NCBI GenBank assembly: GCA_963706575.1
Contig: CAVPNL010000006.1
Span: forward strand, 768,001 to 832,000
Direction of reading: 5' to 3'
Origin: an uncultured delta proteobacterium
GTDB taxonomy: Bacteria > Desulfobacterota > Desulfobacteria > Desulfobacterales > JAHEIW01
Length of the DNA stretch: 64,000 nucleotides
In this document: positions 21,533 through 32,288 of the stretch, piece after piece
Position numbering within the stretch: position 1 is the stretch's first letter
Layout of the letters: each line of letters starts with the position of its first letter
Notes under the pieces: generated by a model
Seen by the model: only the letters and a program-made list of their open reading frames with translations
Database searches by the model: none
What the model was told of the DNA's origin: nothing
Made by a program: the position numbers and the translations under genes

Positions 21533-21937
21533 ATGAAGATTCTAAAAATTGATCACCTGGGAATTGCCGTAAAAAGCATTGACGAGGGGAAAAACTTTTG
21601 GACGGATGCGCTGGGCCTTGAGTTCGAAGGATCTGAAACCGTGGCCGAACAAAAAGTGACCACTGCCTTTTTTCCGGTGGGTGAAAGTGAAGTCGAGCTT
21701 TTGGAATCCACCGCGCCTGATGGGCCGATTGCCAAATACCTTGAGAAAAAAGGTGAGGGCATTCAACACGTTGCGTTTCGGGTGGCGAACATCGAAGCGG
21801 CTTTAAGTGAATTGAAAGAAAAAGGCATCCGCCTAATTGACGAACAGCCGCGCATCGGTGCCGGTGGCGCCAAAATTGCCTTTCTGCATCCTAAAGCCAC
21901 CAATGGGGTGCTTGTTGAGCTTTGTCAAAGAGATTAG
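21533..21937 (+). CDS. mce: Methylmalonyl-CoA epimerase
   Basis: IDHLGIAV, GEGIQHVAF, FLHPK..GVLVEL; next to the mutase. Confidence 0.93.
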   Translation: MKILKIDHLGIAVKSIDEGKNFWTDALGLEFEGSETVAEQKVTTAFFPVGESEVELLESTAPDGPIAKYLEKKGEGIQHVAFRVANIEAALSELKEKGIRLIDEQPRIGAGGAKIAFLHPKATNGVLVELCQRD

Positions 21938-21964
21938 CCCGGCTGCCGGTTGTAACTATCATTA

Positions 21965-22094
21965 GGTTCAGGTTTCAGGTTTCAGGTGTCAGGTGTCAGC
22001 AAACAGATGACAGAGAACAGAAAACAGAAGCCAGATAGGATGTGACGACCTCCCGGTTTTATCACCTGACTTCTGATCTCTGACACCTGAAACC
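21965..22094. repeat. 7-nt periodic inverted-repeat element (TTTCAGG/TGTCAGG family)
   Basis: GGTTTCAGGTTTCAGGTGTCAGGTGTCAG ... CTGACACCTGAAACC; same family at 9751 and 58922. Confidence 0.8.
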
Positions 22095-22161
22095 ATGGTT
22101 ATAACGACTAATTTAGAATTATCCATTTTGTGGGTAAATGAGAAAAGGGGAGCAAACGATC

Positions 22162-24291
22162 ATGGCGAAACAATCGGACATTAAAAAATGGAAGGACCTT
22201 GCAACTAAAGAACTAAGAGGAAAGCCATTGGAATCCCTGGATTGGAATACGCCCGAAGGCATAGCCGTCAAACCCTTATATACGGCTGAAGATCTCAAGA
22301 AAATGGAGCACCTCAACTCCATGCCGGGTTTCGAACCCTACTTGCGGGGCCCCAGAGCAACCATGTATGCGGGAAGGCCGTGGACCATCCGGCAATATGC
22401 CGGCTTCTCCACTGCCAAAGAGTCCAACGCATTTTACCGCAGATGTCTGGCCGCCGGCCAAAAAGGGCTGTCGGTGGCATTTGATCTGGCGACGCACAGA
22501 GGATACGACTCCGACCATCCACGTGTCGCCGGTGACATCGGCAAGGCCGGTGTCGCCGTGGACTCGGTCGAAGATATGAAAATTCTTTTTGATCAGATTC
22601 CGCTGGATCAGATGACGGTTTCCATGACCATGAATGGTGCGGTCTTGCCGATTTTAGCCGGGTATATTGTTGCTGCCGAAGAACAGGGTGTCAGCCAGGA
22701 CAAACTTGCCGGAACGATCCAGAATGATATTTTAAAGGAATATCTGACCCGCAACACGTATATTTACCCGCCGGAGCCTTCCATGCGGATTGTCTCCGAT
22801 ATTATCGGGTATTGTTCAACCCATATGCCCCGCTACAATACCATCAGTATCAGCGGATATCATATGATGGAGGCCGGAGCCGACTCTGTGCTGCAGGCGG
22901 CCTTTACTCTGGCTGACGGACTGGAATATGTCCGGGCGGCCCTTGCTGCCGGACTGGATATCGACACCTTTGCGCCGCGGTTGTCGTTTTTTTTCGGGAT
23001 CGGCATGAACTTTTTAATGGAAATTGCCATGCTGCGGGCGGCGCGGTTCCTGTGGCATAAAATTATCAGCCAGTTCAACCCCAAGGATCCGCGATCAACC
23101 ATGCTGCGCACGCATTGCCAGACTTCGGGCTGGAGCCTGACGGCCCAGGACCCCTATAACAATATTATCCGAACCACCCTGGAATGCCTGTCGGCAGCTC
23201 TGGGCGGCACCCAGTCGCTGCATACCAATTCTTTTGACGAAGCCGTCGGCCTGCCCACTGATTTTTCGGCCCGGATTGCGCGCAACACCCAGCTAATTGT
23301 TCAGGAGGAATCCCAGATTTGCCATGTCACTGACCCGCTGGCGGGATCATACTACGTCGAGTCTTTAACCGACGGCATTATTCGTGAGGCCGGTAAAATT
23401 ATCGATGAAGTCGAAGAAATGGGCGGCATGGCCAAAGCGATTGAAACCGGCAGGCCCAAAATGAGAATTGAAGAGGCGGCTGCCCGCCGGCAGGCGCGCA
23501 TCGATCAGGGCAAGGATGTCATTGTGGGTGTTAACAAGTATCAGATCGAAGAAGATGTGGATCTGGAGATCCTTGAAGTTCCGGCCAGCGTTCGGGACGA
23601 ACAGGTCACCCGATTAAAGGAACTCAAAGCGCGCCGGGATGCAAAGGCCGTAGAGCAGGCGCTGCAGGCGATCGTCAAGGCCGCGGAATCCGGCGGCAAT
23701 TTGCTGGAAGCATGTATTCCGGCTGTACGAGCCCGAGCCACAGTTGGTGAGATCTCGGATGCCCTGGAGAACTTATTTGGACGTTATGTGGCGACGACCC
23801 AGTGTATATCCGGTGTGTATGCTTCCGAATACGGTGATAGCGAGATCATTGACGCGCTCCGCAAGCGGACCGCAGAATTTGAGGAAAAAGAAGGCCGGCG
23901 TCCCCGGATTTTGGTCACCAAGATGGGTCAGGACGGTCACGATCGGGGGATTAAAGTCATTGCAACTGCCTTTGCCGATCTTGGGTTTGATGTGGATATC
24001 AGTCCGATGTTTCAAACGCCTGAAGAGGCGGCGCGCATGGCGGTGGAAAATGATGTCCATCTGGTGGGGGTATCCAGCCTGGCCGCCGGCCATAAAACCC
24101 TGGTACCGGAGCTGATAGCGGCGCTCAATAAAGAAGACGGTGGGGACATTCTGGTGGTTGCCGGTGGAATTATTCCGCCCGCGGATTATGAGGTGCTTTA
24201 TAGTGCCGGTGTGGTCGGTATTTATGGACCGGGTACACCCGTGACCGAATCCGCCGATCAGGTGCTTAATGCATTGGAACAGCGGAAATGA
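22162..24291 (+). CDS. scpA: Methylmalonyl-CoA mutase (B12-dependent)
   Basis: [28 protein letters not shown]12-binding motif. Confidence 0.96.
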   Translation: MAKQSDIKKWKDLATKELRGKPLESLDWNTPEGIAVKPLYTAEDLKKMEHLNSMPGFEPYLRGPRATMYAGRPWTIRQYAGFSTAKESNAFYRRCLAAGQKGLSVAFDLATHRGYDSDHPRVAGDIGKAGVAVDSVEDMKILFDQIPLDQMTVSMTMNGAVLPILAGYIVAAEEQGVSQDKLAGTIQNDILKEYLTRNTYIYPPEPSMRIVSDIIGYCSTHMPRYNTISISGYHMMEAGADSVLQAAFTLADGLEYVRAALAAGLDIDTFAPRLSFFFGIGMNFLMEIAMLRAARFLWHKIISQFNPKDPRSTMLRTHCQTSGWSLTAQDPYNNIIRTTLECLSAALGGTQSLHTNSFDEAVGLPTDFSARIARNTQLIVQEESQICHVTDPLAGSYYVESLTDGIIREAGKIIDEVEEMGGMAKAIETGRPKMRIEEAAARRQARIDQGKDVIVGVNKYQIEEDVDLEILEVPASVRDEQVTRLKELKARRDAKAVEQALQAIVKAAESGGNLLEACIPAVRARATVGEISDALENLFGRYVATTQCISGVYASEYGDSEIIDALRKRTAEFEEKEGRRPRILVTKMGQDGHDRGIKVIATAFADLGFDVDISPMFQTPEEAARMAVENDVHLVGVSSLAAGHKTLVPELIAALNKEDGGDILVVAGGIIPPADYEVLYSAGVVGIYGPGTPVTESADQVLNALEQRK

Positions 24292-25280
24292 ATCCAGCTG
24301 ATCCTAAAATATTGATCAAGGGTGTACGGGAACAGGACCGCAGGCTCCTTTCTAAAACCATCACCCTGATCGAAAGCTCACGCCGCGACCATCAGCAACA
24401 AGCGCGCAAGATCGTCGATCAGCTGCTGCCGCATACCGGAAAAGCGGTTCGTCTCGGCATTACCGGCGTACCCGGAGTTGGCAAAAGCACTTTTATTGAG
24501 AGTCTTGGAATATCGCTTGTGGACGCCGGTCATCGGGTGGCGGTTCTGGCGGTGGATCCCAGCAGCTCCAGAAGCGGTGGCAGTGTGATGGCCGATAAGA
24601 CCCGCATGGAAAAGCTTTCAGTCGAAGCAAAGGCGTTTATTCGTCCATCACCTTCCGGAGGTACTCTGGGAGGGGTGGCTCGCAAAACCAGAGAAACCAT
24701 GCTGGTTTGTGAAGCAGCCGGTTTTGATGTGATCATCGTCGAGACGGTCGGTGTCGGACAGTCGGAGACCACCGTGGCATCAATGGTTGATTTTTTTCTG
24801 GTTCTGATGCTCGCCGGTGCCGGCGACGAGCTGCAGGGGATAAAAAGAGGCGTATTGGAGCTGGCCGATGCGCTGGCCATTAACAAAGCGGATGGCGACA
24901 ACATTGCAAATGCGAAAAAGGCTGCGCAAGTATATGCAAGCGCCTTGCAGATGTTGCAACCCCCCTCGCCCAACTGGAAACCGCCGGTGTTGACCTGTAG
25001 TGCGTTGGAGATGACGGGCATTGCTGAAATCTGGCAAATGGTAATGAAATTCCATCAAAAGTTCAGTGACAGCGGTGAGCTGGCCGATAAACGCCAAAAA
25101 CAGGCCCTGGATTGGTTGTGGTCCCTGGTTGAAGATGGGCTGAAGGAACGTTTTTATACCCATCCTGATATTAAGAAGAGACTCGATCAAATCACCCGTG
25201 CGGTGGCAAAAGGGGAAACCGCTCCGACACTTGCCGCGGATAAATTACTTTTTTTTCTTGACAATCGTCGTTCGGTCTAG
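24288..25280 (+). CDS. meaB: Methylmalonyl-CoA mutase-associated GTPase
   Basis: [31 protein letters not shown]. Confidence 0.95.
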   Translation: MNPADPKILIKGVREQDRRLLSKTITLIESSRRDHQQQARKIVDQLLPHTGKAVRLGITGVPGVGKSTFIESLGISLVDAGHRVAVLAVDPSSSRSGGSVMADKTRMEKLSVEAKAFIRPSPSGGTLGGVARKTRETMLVCEAAGFDVIIVETVGVGQSETTVASMVDFFLVLMLAGAGDELQGIKRGVLELADALAINKADGDNIANAKKAAQVYASALQMLQPPSPNWKPPVLTCSALEMTGIAEIWQMVMKFHQKFSDSGELADKRQKQALDWLWSLVEDGLKERFYTHPDIKKRLDQITRAVAKGETAPTLAADKLLFFLDNRRSV

Positions 25281-25458
25281 AAAATTGACCCTTTTGTCCC
25301 AAGTATTTAGCTTAAGTTGAAATGGGTGTGAATTGCGCTGGAATTTACCCCGTAATTTGTGGCTTTTGAGATAAAAAAGGGATCGGCGACTCGGCTGCCA
25401 AAATGGGCCATGGCCTAAAGCGATCCGGCACGTATTTTCAAATGAAAGGATACATATA

Positions 25459-27012
25459 ATGGGTGTTGTCGAAGATAAAATGGAAGAACTTAAATCACGT
25501 GAAGCCAAAACCCTTGAAATGGGCGGCGAAAAAGCGGTCGCCAAGCAGCATGAAAAAAACAAGCTCACCGCCCGTGAACGGTTGAATCGATTATTTGATG
25601 CGGGGACCTTTCGCGAGATCGATATGTTTGTCAATCATCGTTGCGTGAATTTTGGCATGGAAACGGTCGATATCCCGGCAGATGGGGTCGTCACCGGCCA
25701 CGGCCTGGTCGACGGCCGGCCGCTGTTTGCTTTTTCCCAGGATTTTACGGCTCGAGCCGGCAGCCTGGGGGAGATGCATTCTAAAAAAATCTGCAAAGTG
25801 ATGGATCTGGCCATGAAGGCCGGGGTGCCGTTTGTCGGCATAAACGACTCGGGTGGTGCCCGGATTCAGGAAGGCGTCGATGCTCTTTCCGGGTACGGCC
25901 AGATATTTTTTCGCAATTCTGCGGCTTCCGGTGTCATCCCCCAGATTTCCGCGATTATGGGACCCACGGCCGGCGGAGCGGTCTATTCACCGGCCATGAC
26001 CGACTGGGTATTTATGGTAAAAGGCAGCAGCTATATGTTTATTACCGGACCCGAGGTCATCAAATCGGTTACCGGTGAGGAAATTACGTTTGAGGAGCTG
26101 GGCGGCGCCAAAACCCATAATGAAAAAAGCGGTGTGGCCCACTTTGCCTGTGATAGCGACGAAGATGCCATCGATCGGATCAAACGACTGCTGTCCTATC
26201 TGCCGTCAAATAATATGGAAGATCCGCCTGTCGTTGATACGGGGGATGATCCCAAACGCACCGAATCGGCTTTAAATTCGATTATTCCGGATAGCCCCAA
26301 TAAATCCTACGATATGAAAGCGGTCATTCGGGCAATTGTCGATAACGGCGAGATTTTTGAACCCCATCAGTATTACGCAGGCAATATGGTGGTGTGCTTT
26401 GCGCGTTTGAATGGCAGAAGCATCGGGATTATTGCCAACCAGCCGAAAGTGCTGGCCGGCTGCCTGGACATCAACGCTTCGGACAAAGCCACACGCTTTA
26501 TTCGATTTTGCGACTCATTCAACATACCGATGTTAACCATCGCTGATGTGCCGGGATACCTGCCCGGCAGCCAGCAGGAATGGGGCGGCATCATCCGGCA
26601 TGGCGCCAAGCTTCTGTGGTGTTATTCGGAGGCCACGGTGCCCAAGCTGCTGCTGGTTACCCGCAAGGATTACGGGGGCGCATATCTGGCGATGTGCTCC
26701 AAAGATCTGGGTGCGGATATGGCATTTGCCTGGCCCACGGCGGAAATTGCCGTGATGGGTGCGGCCGGAGCGGCCAATATTATCCATCGCAAGGAAATTA
26801 CCGGGGCCGAGGATCCGGCAGCCAAGCGCCAGGAAAAGATCAAGGAATATGAGGACCTGTTTTCCAATCCTTATCAGGCAGCCAACCGGGGCTATATTGA
26901 TGCGGTTATCGAACCTAGCGAGACCCGGCCGCGCCTGATCGACGCCCTGGAAGTGATGTGCACCAAACGGGAGACCCGGCCGCCGAAAAAACACGGCAAT
27001 ATTCCCATGTAA
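25459..27012 (+). CDS. Acyl-CoA carboxyltransferase subunit (PccB / transcarboxylase 12S-like)
   Basis: DSGGARIQEG, AGGAVYSPA, DVPGYLPG, KKHGNIP. Confidence 0.93.
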   Translation: MGVVEDKMEELKSREAKTLEMGGEKAVAKQHEKNKLTARERLNRLFDAGTFREIDMFVNHRCVNFGMETVDIPADGVVTGHGLVDGRPLFAFSQDFTARAGSLGEMHSKKICKVMDLAMKAGVPFVGINDSGGARIQEGVDALSGYGQIFFRNSAASGVIPQISAIMGPTAGGAVYSPAMTDWVFMVKGSSYMFITGPEVIKSVTGEEITFEELGGAKTHNEKSGVAHFACDSDEDAIDRIKRLLSYLPSNNMEDPPVVDTGDDPKRTESALNSIIPDSPNKSYDMKAVIRAIVDNGEIFEPHQYYAGNMVVCFARLNGRSIGIIANQPKVLAGCLDINASDKATRFIRFCDSFNIPMLTIADVPGYLPGSQQEWGGIIRHGAKLLWCYSEATVPKLLLVTRKDYGGAYLAMCSKDLGADMAFAWPTAEIAVMGAAGAANIIHRKEITGAEDPAAKRQEKIKEYEDLFSNPYQAANRGYIDAVIEPSETRPRLIDALEVMCTKRETRPPKKHGNIPM

Positions 27013-27069
27013 AGTGCCTAAAGTGATCTAAAGTGATCTAAAATGCCTAAAGTTAAAAAAGGAAATCAA

Positions 27070-27297
27070 ATGGAACATGCTCAAAAAACTGCTGCAGCGA
27101 TCGCAGCGGTGATCCAATATATCAAAACCGAAGAAGAAGCCATTGCGATGCAAAACGCCATGCAGGCGGCTGCGTCTCAGATGCCGCGGTCTGCTCAACC
27201 ACCGGCCCCGGCAGTCAAACCCTGGGGTGTCAGCGGCCGACAGGCGCAAATGCAGATGCGCAATTTGATGCAACTCAGAACCTTTCGTAAGCTATAG
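27070..27297 (+). CDS. Small accessory subunit of the carboxyltransferase complex (epsilon/MmdD-like)
   Basis: AAAIAAVIQY...W..SGR..QMQMR; lies between the CT and biotin-carrier genes. Confidence 0.65.
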   Translation: MEHAQKTAAAIAAVIQYIKTEEEAIAMQNAMQAAASQMPRSAQPPAPAVKPWGVSGRQAQMQMRNLMQLRTFRKL

Positions 27298-27300
27298 GGA

Positions 27301-27397
27301 GTGTTTAGTGTTTAGTATTTAGTGTTTAGCATGTTTTCCCCGATTGCGCCTTACCAAATACTAAACACAAAACACTAAACACGAAATACCAAACACC
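27301..27397. repeat. 7-nt periodic inverted-repeat element (GTGTTTA family)
   Basis: (GTGTTTA)n ... (TAAACAC)n; second copy at 31808-31891. Confidence 0.85.
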
Positions 27398-27430
27398 AGG
27401 CTTATAAAGCCTATAAAGGAGTTTCAAAAC

Positions 27431-29452
27431 ATGAGTGATGACAATCAAGTAAAAATGACGACAATGAGCTATGACAAAGATCGGCCGAAGGCGGAGAACC
27501 CTGTCAAGGTAGAGGACTTGAGCCTTCGCGACGGCCATCAATCCCTGTTTGCCACACGGGGTCGCACCGAAGATATGATTCCGGTGGCCGAGATGATGGA
27601 CGACGTCGGCTACTGGGCCATGGAAGTATGGGGTGGGGCGACTTTTGACACCATGCACCGGTTTTTAAATGAAGACCCCTGGGAACGCATTCGCACCTTG
27701 AAGCGTTACATTAAAAAGACGCCGTTTTCGATGCTGCTGCGGGCCCAGAACCTGGTCGGGTATCGCAACTATGCCGATGATGTCGCCAAGGCCTTTGTCG
27801 AAAGAACCTGTGAAAATGGGATGGACATATTCAGAACATTTGATGCCCTCAATGATTACCGTAACTTTGAAACCGTGGTTCCGGTAATTAAAGAGTACGG
27901 CAAACATTTCCAGGGCTGCATGTGCTACACCCTGACCGAGCCGCGGCTGGGCGGAAAGGTTTACAACATCGACTATTTCGTCAACAAGGCCAAAGCTCTT
28001 GAAAAGATGGGAGCGGACAGCATCTGCGTCAAAGACATGGCCGGGCTGCTGGCGCCTTATGATGCTTATAATCTGATCAAAGCGCTGAAGGCGGCCGTAA
28101 AGCCGCCGATTCACCTGCACAGCCATTTTACATCAGGCATGTCGCCGATGACCCACCTGAAGGCCATCGAGGCTGGTGTGGATATCATTGACACCTGCAT
28201 GTCACCATACGCTTATCGCACCGCTCATGCCGCCATTGAGCCGCTGGTCATGACCCTGCTGGGAACCAACCGCGATACCGGCTTTGATATTCGACTGCTG
28301 GCCAAAATCAACGAGGTTTTCGAAAAAGAGATTCTACCAAAATACAGGCACTTACTGGATGATACGAAGATGTCCATCATCGATATCAACGTGCTGCTCC
28401 ACCAGACTCCGGGCGGGATGCTGTCCAACCTGGTCAATCAGTTAAGAGAAATGGATGCTTTGGATAAGATCGATCAGGTTTATGCCGAACTGCCGCGGGT
28501 CAGAAAAGAGCTGGGCCAAATCCCACTGGTAACGCCCACCAGCCAGATTGTGGGCACCCAGACCGTTAATAACGTTCTTTTTGACGACGAAAATGAACGC
28601 TACAAAATGATCACCGGCCAGGTAAAGGATCTGTGCTACGGACTGTACGGCAAAACCGCGGTTCCGATTGACAAGGAGGTGCAGAAAAAGGCACTGAAAG
28701 GGTATGAGCGCGGAGAAAAGCCGATTGAATGCCGGCCGGCGGAGGTTCTGGAACCCGAGCTGGACAAGGCAAAAGAAGAAATCGGAGATCTGGCCGTTGA
28801 TCTGGATGATGCGTTGATCTATGCCCTTTACCCGGTTACCGGGAAACGCTTTTTGAAATGGAAATACGGCAAGGAACAGCCCCCGGCAGATGTGAAACCC
28901 AGAACGCTGCAGGATGCCGCCGCCGAACAGGAGTTGATTAAAAAGGCGAAAGCCGGCCTTCTTGTTGAAAAAACGGATAAGGAAATTCCGGATAAAAGCG
29001 AAAATGCCCGAACATTTAATGTCTTTGTGGATGATGATTATTTTGAGGTTGACGTGGATGAAGTCGGCGGCTCGCCGGTGGTCAGCTATGTCCAGCCGAT
29101 GGCCACGGGAATGCAAATGCCGTTAGCGGCGCCTCCAGCGGCACCGGTTGCCGCACCTGCCGCTAAAAAGCAGCCGGCAGCTCAAGCCAAAGAAGCCAAG
29201 CCCGAGGCCCCGGCGGCTGCCCCTGCTGAGGCGGTGGAAGGCACCCCGCTTACCGCGCCCATGCCCGGTATGATTGTCAAGTATGAGAAAGAAGTCGGCG
29301 ACGCCATCAGCCAGGGCGAAACCGTAGTGGTTCTGGAGGCCATGAAAATGGAAAATGCCCTGCCGGCGCCGGCCAGCGGTACCATCAAGAGCGTTAATTT
29401 CAGCAGCGGCGATTCGGTCGCCAAGGGGGATGTGCTTGCGGTGATTGGCTAA
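27431..29452 (+). CDS. Pyruvate/oxaloacetate carboxyltransferase fused to biotin carrier (PycB/OadA/5S-1.3S-like)
   Basis: LRDGHQSL, WGGATFD, KDMAG, HLHSH, PGGMLSNL, Ala/Pro linker, EAMKM biotinylation motif. Confidence 0.92.
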   Translation: MSDDNQVKMTTMSYDKDRPKAENPVKVEDLSLRDGHQSLFATRGRTEDMIPVAEMMDDVGYWAMEVWGGATFDTMHRFLNEDPWERIRTLKRYIKKTPFSMLLRAQNLVGYRNYADDVAKAFVERTCENGMDIFRTFDALNDYRNFETVVPVIKEYGKHFQGCMCYTLTEPRLGGKVYNIDYFVNKAKALEKMGADSICVKDMAGLLAPYDAYNLIKALKAAVKPPIHLHSHFTSGMSPMTHLKAIEAGVDIIDTCMSPYAYRTAHAAIEPLVMTLLGTNRDTGFDIRLLAKINEVFEKEILPKYRHLLDDTKMSIIDINVLLHQTPGGMLSNLVNQLREMDALDKIDQVYAELPRVRKELGQIPLVTPTSQIVGTQTVNNVLFDDENERYKMITGQVKDLCYGLYGKTAVPIDKEVQKKALKGYERGEKPIECRPAEVLEPELDKAKEEIGDLAVDLDDALIYALYPVTGKRFLKWKYGKEQPPADVKPRTLQDAAAEQELIKKAKAGLLVEKTDKEIPDKSENARTFNVFVDDDYFEVDVDEVGGSPVVSYVQPMATGMQMPLAAPPAAPVAAPAAKKQPAAQAKEAKPEAPAAAPAEAVEGTPLTAPMPGMIVKYEKEVGDAISQGETVVVLEAMKMENALPAPASGTIKSVNFSSGDSVAKGDVLAVIG

Positions 29453-29470
29453 AAGCTTGGGTCTGCAACC

Positions 29471-29580
29471 GTTTGAGGCTTGAGGTTTGAGGCTGGAGGC
29501 AAACGGCCGTCTTTGCATGCCTCCAACCTAAAGCGAAGCGCTCCTCAAGTTTCCGGCCCTGCCGGGAACGATCCTCCAAC
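29471..29580. repeat. 7-nt periodic inverted-repeat element (TTGAGGC family)
   Basis: GTTTGAGGCTTGAGGTTTGAGGCTGGAGGC ... GCCTCCAACCT...CCTCAAG...CCTCCAAC. Confidence 0.65.
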
Positions 29581-29657
29581 TGTGTGTATCTATTAAGCAG
29601 CTGGTTGTGCGTTAAATTTGGATTTTGTCCTCTAACTTTGTTTGGAGTTTTACGACC

Positions 29658-30818
29658 ATGAAGATCCACGAATATCAGGCCAAAGAATTGTTAAAAAAAT
29701 ACAGCGTTCCCGTGCCGCAAGGCGGGGCTGCTTTTAATGCGGATGAGGCCGTTGCGATCGCCAAAAAATTGGCAGGCTATCCGGTGGTTGTTAAGGCCCA
29801 GATTCATGCCGGAGGCCGCGGCAAAGGCGGCGGCGTTAAATTGGCCCAGTCGGCTGATGAAGTCCAAAGCGTGGCCCGGGAAATTATCGGCATGAACCTG
29901 GTGACCCATCAGACCGGTAAGGAAGGTCGGATGGTTAAGAAAGTTCTGGTGGAACAGGGTTTAAACATCGAAAAAGAACTTTATTTGAGCATTATTCCTG
30001 ACCGAGCATCGGCCCAGATTGTGGTCATGGCCAGTGAAGCCGGCGGTATGGACATTGAAGCGGTCGCAGCAAAAACACCGGAACGAATTATTAAAGTCTT
30101 CATTAATCCACTGCTGGGAATGCAGCCTTATCATTGCCGCGCAGTGGCTTTTGGTTTGAATTTGAGCCCGGCTGTCATGAAGCCGTTTGTGGCCATGTTA
30201 AAGAATCTTTACCGGCTTTTTGTGGACTATGATTGTTCGCTGGCCGAAATCAATCCGCTGGTCATTACGGCTGAGGAAGCCGTGATAGCGCTCGATGCCA
30301 AAATGAATTTCGATGATAACGCGCTTTTCAGACATCCGGACATTCAGGAATACCGGGATTTTGATGAGGAAGATCCGCTCGAGGTTGAAGCCTCCAAATT
30401 CAACCTGAACTACATCAATCTGGACGGCAATGTGGGCAATATGGTCAATGGGGCCGGACTGGCGATGGCCACCATGGATATTATCAAGCAGGCCGGAGCG
30501 GAACCCGCCAATTTTTTAGATGTGGGCGGCGGCGCCGATGCCGAAATGGTCGAAAACGGGTTTCGAATCATTTTAAGTGATAAAAATGTCAAAGGTATTT
30601 TGATCAATATATTTGGCGGGATTTTACGCTGTGACGTTCTGGCCAACGGGGTGGTCGAAGCTGCTAAAAAGACCGGCATCAAAGTTCCGGTGGTGGTGCG
30701 AATGGAAGGCACCAATGTGGAAGCAGGGCGAAAAATTCTGGCCGAGTCCGGTCTGAACCTGATCACAGCAGTCGATTTAAAAGATGCCGCCCAAAAGATT
30801 GCACAAGTTGTTCAATAG
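29658..30818 (+). CDS. sucC: Succinyl-CoA synthetase beta subunit
   Basis: [41 protein letters not shown]. Confidence 0.96.
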   Translation: MKIHEYQAKELLKKYSVPVPQGGAAFNADEAVAIAKKLAGYPVVVKAQIHAGGRGKGGGVKLAQSADEVQSVAREIIGMNLVTHQTGKEGRMVKKVLVEQGLNIEKELYLSIIPDRASAQIVVMASEAGGMDIEAVAAKTPERIIKVFINPLLGMQPYHCRAVAFGLNLSPAVMKPFVAMLKNLYRLFVDYDCSLAEINPLVITAEEAVIALDAKMNFDDNALFRHPDIQEYRDFDEEDPLEVEASKFNLNYINLDGNVGNMVNGAGLAMATMDIIKQAGAEPANFLDVGGGADAEMVENGFRIILSDKNVKGILINIFGGILRCDVLANGVVEAAKKTGIKVPVVVRMEGTNVEAGRKILAESGLNLITAVDLKDAAQKIAQVVQ

Positions 30819-30846
30819 AGCTGACAGCTGTTTGATTGATACAGCT

Positions 30847-30912
30847 CACCGCAGAGACGTAGAGACCGCAGAGAAAAAAAATTAACTTTGCGATCTCTGC
30901 GCCTCTGCGGTG
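30847..30912. repeat. 9-nt periodic inverted-repeat element
   Basis: CACCGCAGAGACGTAGAGACCGCAGAG ... CTTTGCGATCTCTGCGCCTCTGCGGTG. Confidence 0.8.
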
Positions 30913-30936
30913 AAAAATCAAATCAGGAGAAAAATT

Positions 30937-31809
30937 GTGAGCATTTTTGCAGATAAAAATTCCCGGGTTGTGGTTCAGGGAATAACCGGCAGGGAAGGGC
31001 AATTTCACGCACGGCATTGCATCGATTACGGCACAAAGATTGTTGCCGGAGTGACGCCCGGCAAGGCCGGGCAAAAAATGGATGAGGTTCCGGTATTTAA
31101 TACCGTGCGAGACGCCGTCGAGGATACCGCTGCCAATTGCAGCCTGATCTTTGTTCCCCCGGCTTTTGCCGCCGATGCGATTATGGAGGCCGCCGATGCG
31201 GGACTGGATCTGGTGGTCGTGATTACCGAGGGGATTCCCGTGCTGGATATGATGAAGGTCAAAAATTATCTGCAGGGCAAATCCACCCGCATGATCGGCC
31301 CCAATTGCCCGGGAATCATAACACCCGGCGAGGCCAAAATTGGCATTATGCCGGGGCCCATTCACAAACCCGGCGGCCCCATCGGTGTGGTGTCAAGGTC
31401 AGGGACCCTGACCTACGAAGTGGTTCATCAGCTGACCCTGCAGGGCATCGGGCAGACGACCTGCATTGGCATCGGGGGCGATCCCGTCAACGGCACGAGC
31501 TTTATTGACTGTCTGGAAGCCTTTGAGCAGGATGCCGCCACCAAAGGTGTGGTGATGGTGGGTGAAATCGGCGGGACGTCGGAAGAAGACGCTTCAGATT
31601 TTATCGGCCGCAATATGTCCATACCGGTTGTCGGCTTCATTTCCGGTCTAACGGCACCCCCCGGCAGACGGATGGGGCATGCCGGCGCCATTATTTCCGG
31701 CAGCAGCGGAACGGCCCAGGCCAAAATTGAAGCTATGAAAGCCAATGGCGTCCATGTGTGCGAGGATCTGGGCACTCTAGGAGAACTTTGTTCCAAAGTT
31801 TTTAACTAG
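30937..31809 (+). CDS. sucD: Succinyl-CoA synthetase alpha subunit
   Basis: [29 protein letters not shown] start after AGGAGA. Confidence 0.96.
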   Translation: MSIFADKNSRVVVQGITGREGQFHARHCIDYGTKIVAGVTPGKAGQKMDEVPVFNTVRDAVEDTAANCSLIFVPPAFAADAIMEAADAGLDLVVVITEGIPVLDMMKVKNYLQGKSTRMIGPNCPGIITPGEAKIGIMPGPIHKPGGPIGVVSRSGTLTYEVVHQLTLQGIGQTTCIGIGGDPVNGTSFIDCLEAFEQDAATKGVVMVGEIGGTSEEDASDFIGRNMSIPVVGFISGLTAPPGRRMGHAGAIISGSSGTAQAKIEAMKANGVHVCEDLGTLGELCSKVFN

Positions 31810-31891
31810 TGTTTAGTGTTTGGTATTTAGTGTTTAGCGTCTTTTCCCCAATCGCGCATTACCAAACACCAAACACGAAACACCAAACACC
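31808..31891. repeat. 7-nt periodic inverted-repeat element (GTGTTTA family, copy 2)
   Basis: AGTGTTTAGTGTTTGGTATTTAGTGTTTAG...TTTTCCCC.AT.GCGC.TTACCAAA...CCAAACAC; core shared with 27301. Confidence 0.85.
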
Positions 31892-31919
31892 AATTTACAA
31901 ACGAAGTTTGGAAATTGCG

Positions 31920-32288
31920 ATGCACGAAATGGGTATCGCCCTGCAGATCGTCGAAATTGCCACCGCCTCCCTACCGGCGGATTTGGGCGAGGTCCGGGTT
32001 GCTGCGGTCAATCTGAAAATTGGCAAATTGGCCGCGGTCGTGCCTGAAAGTCTGCGATTTTGTTTCGATGTGGCCGTCAAAGACACGCCGCTTGCGGGTG
32101 CCAAACTGGTCATTGACGAAGTGCCGGTTGTCGCTAGTTGTAACGACTGCCATGCACGCTGGACGATTGACGAGCCTGTTTTTATCTGTAAAACATGTCA
32201 GAGCGGTTCGCTGGAAATTCTTTCCGGACGTGAACTCGACATTGAATCCATAGAGGTCGTTGAAGAGGAAGAACATGATTCCGGGTGA
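31920..32288 (+). CDS. hypA: Nickel metallochaperone HypA
   Basis: MHE start motif, CxxC...CxxC, GRELDIESIE. Confidence 0.93.
   Translation: MHEMGIALQIVEIATASLPADLGEVRVAAVNLKIGKLAAVVPESLRFCFDVAVKDTPLAGAKLVIDEVPVVASCNDCHARWTIDEPVFICKTCQSGSLEILSGRELDIESIEVVEEEEHDSG

Noticed and set aside
27301..27397. Periodic repeats as CRISPR arrays
   Set aside because: Units are 7-9 nt with no unique spacers and no cas genes
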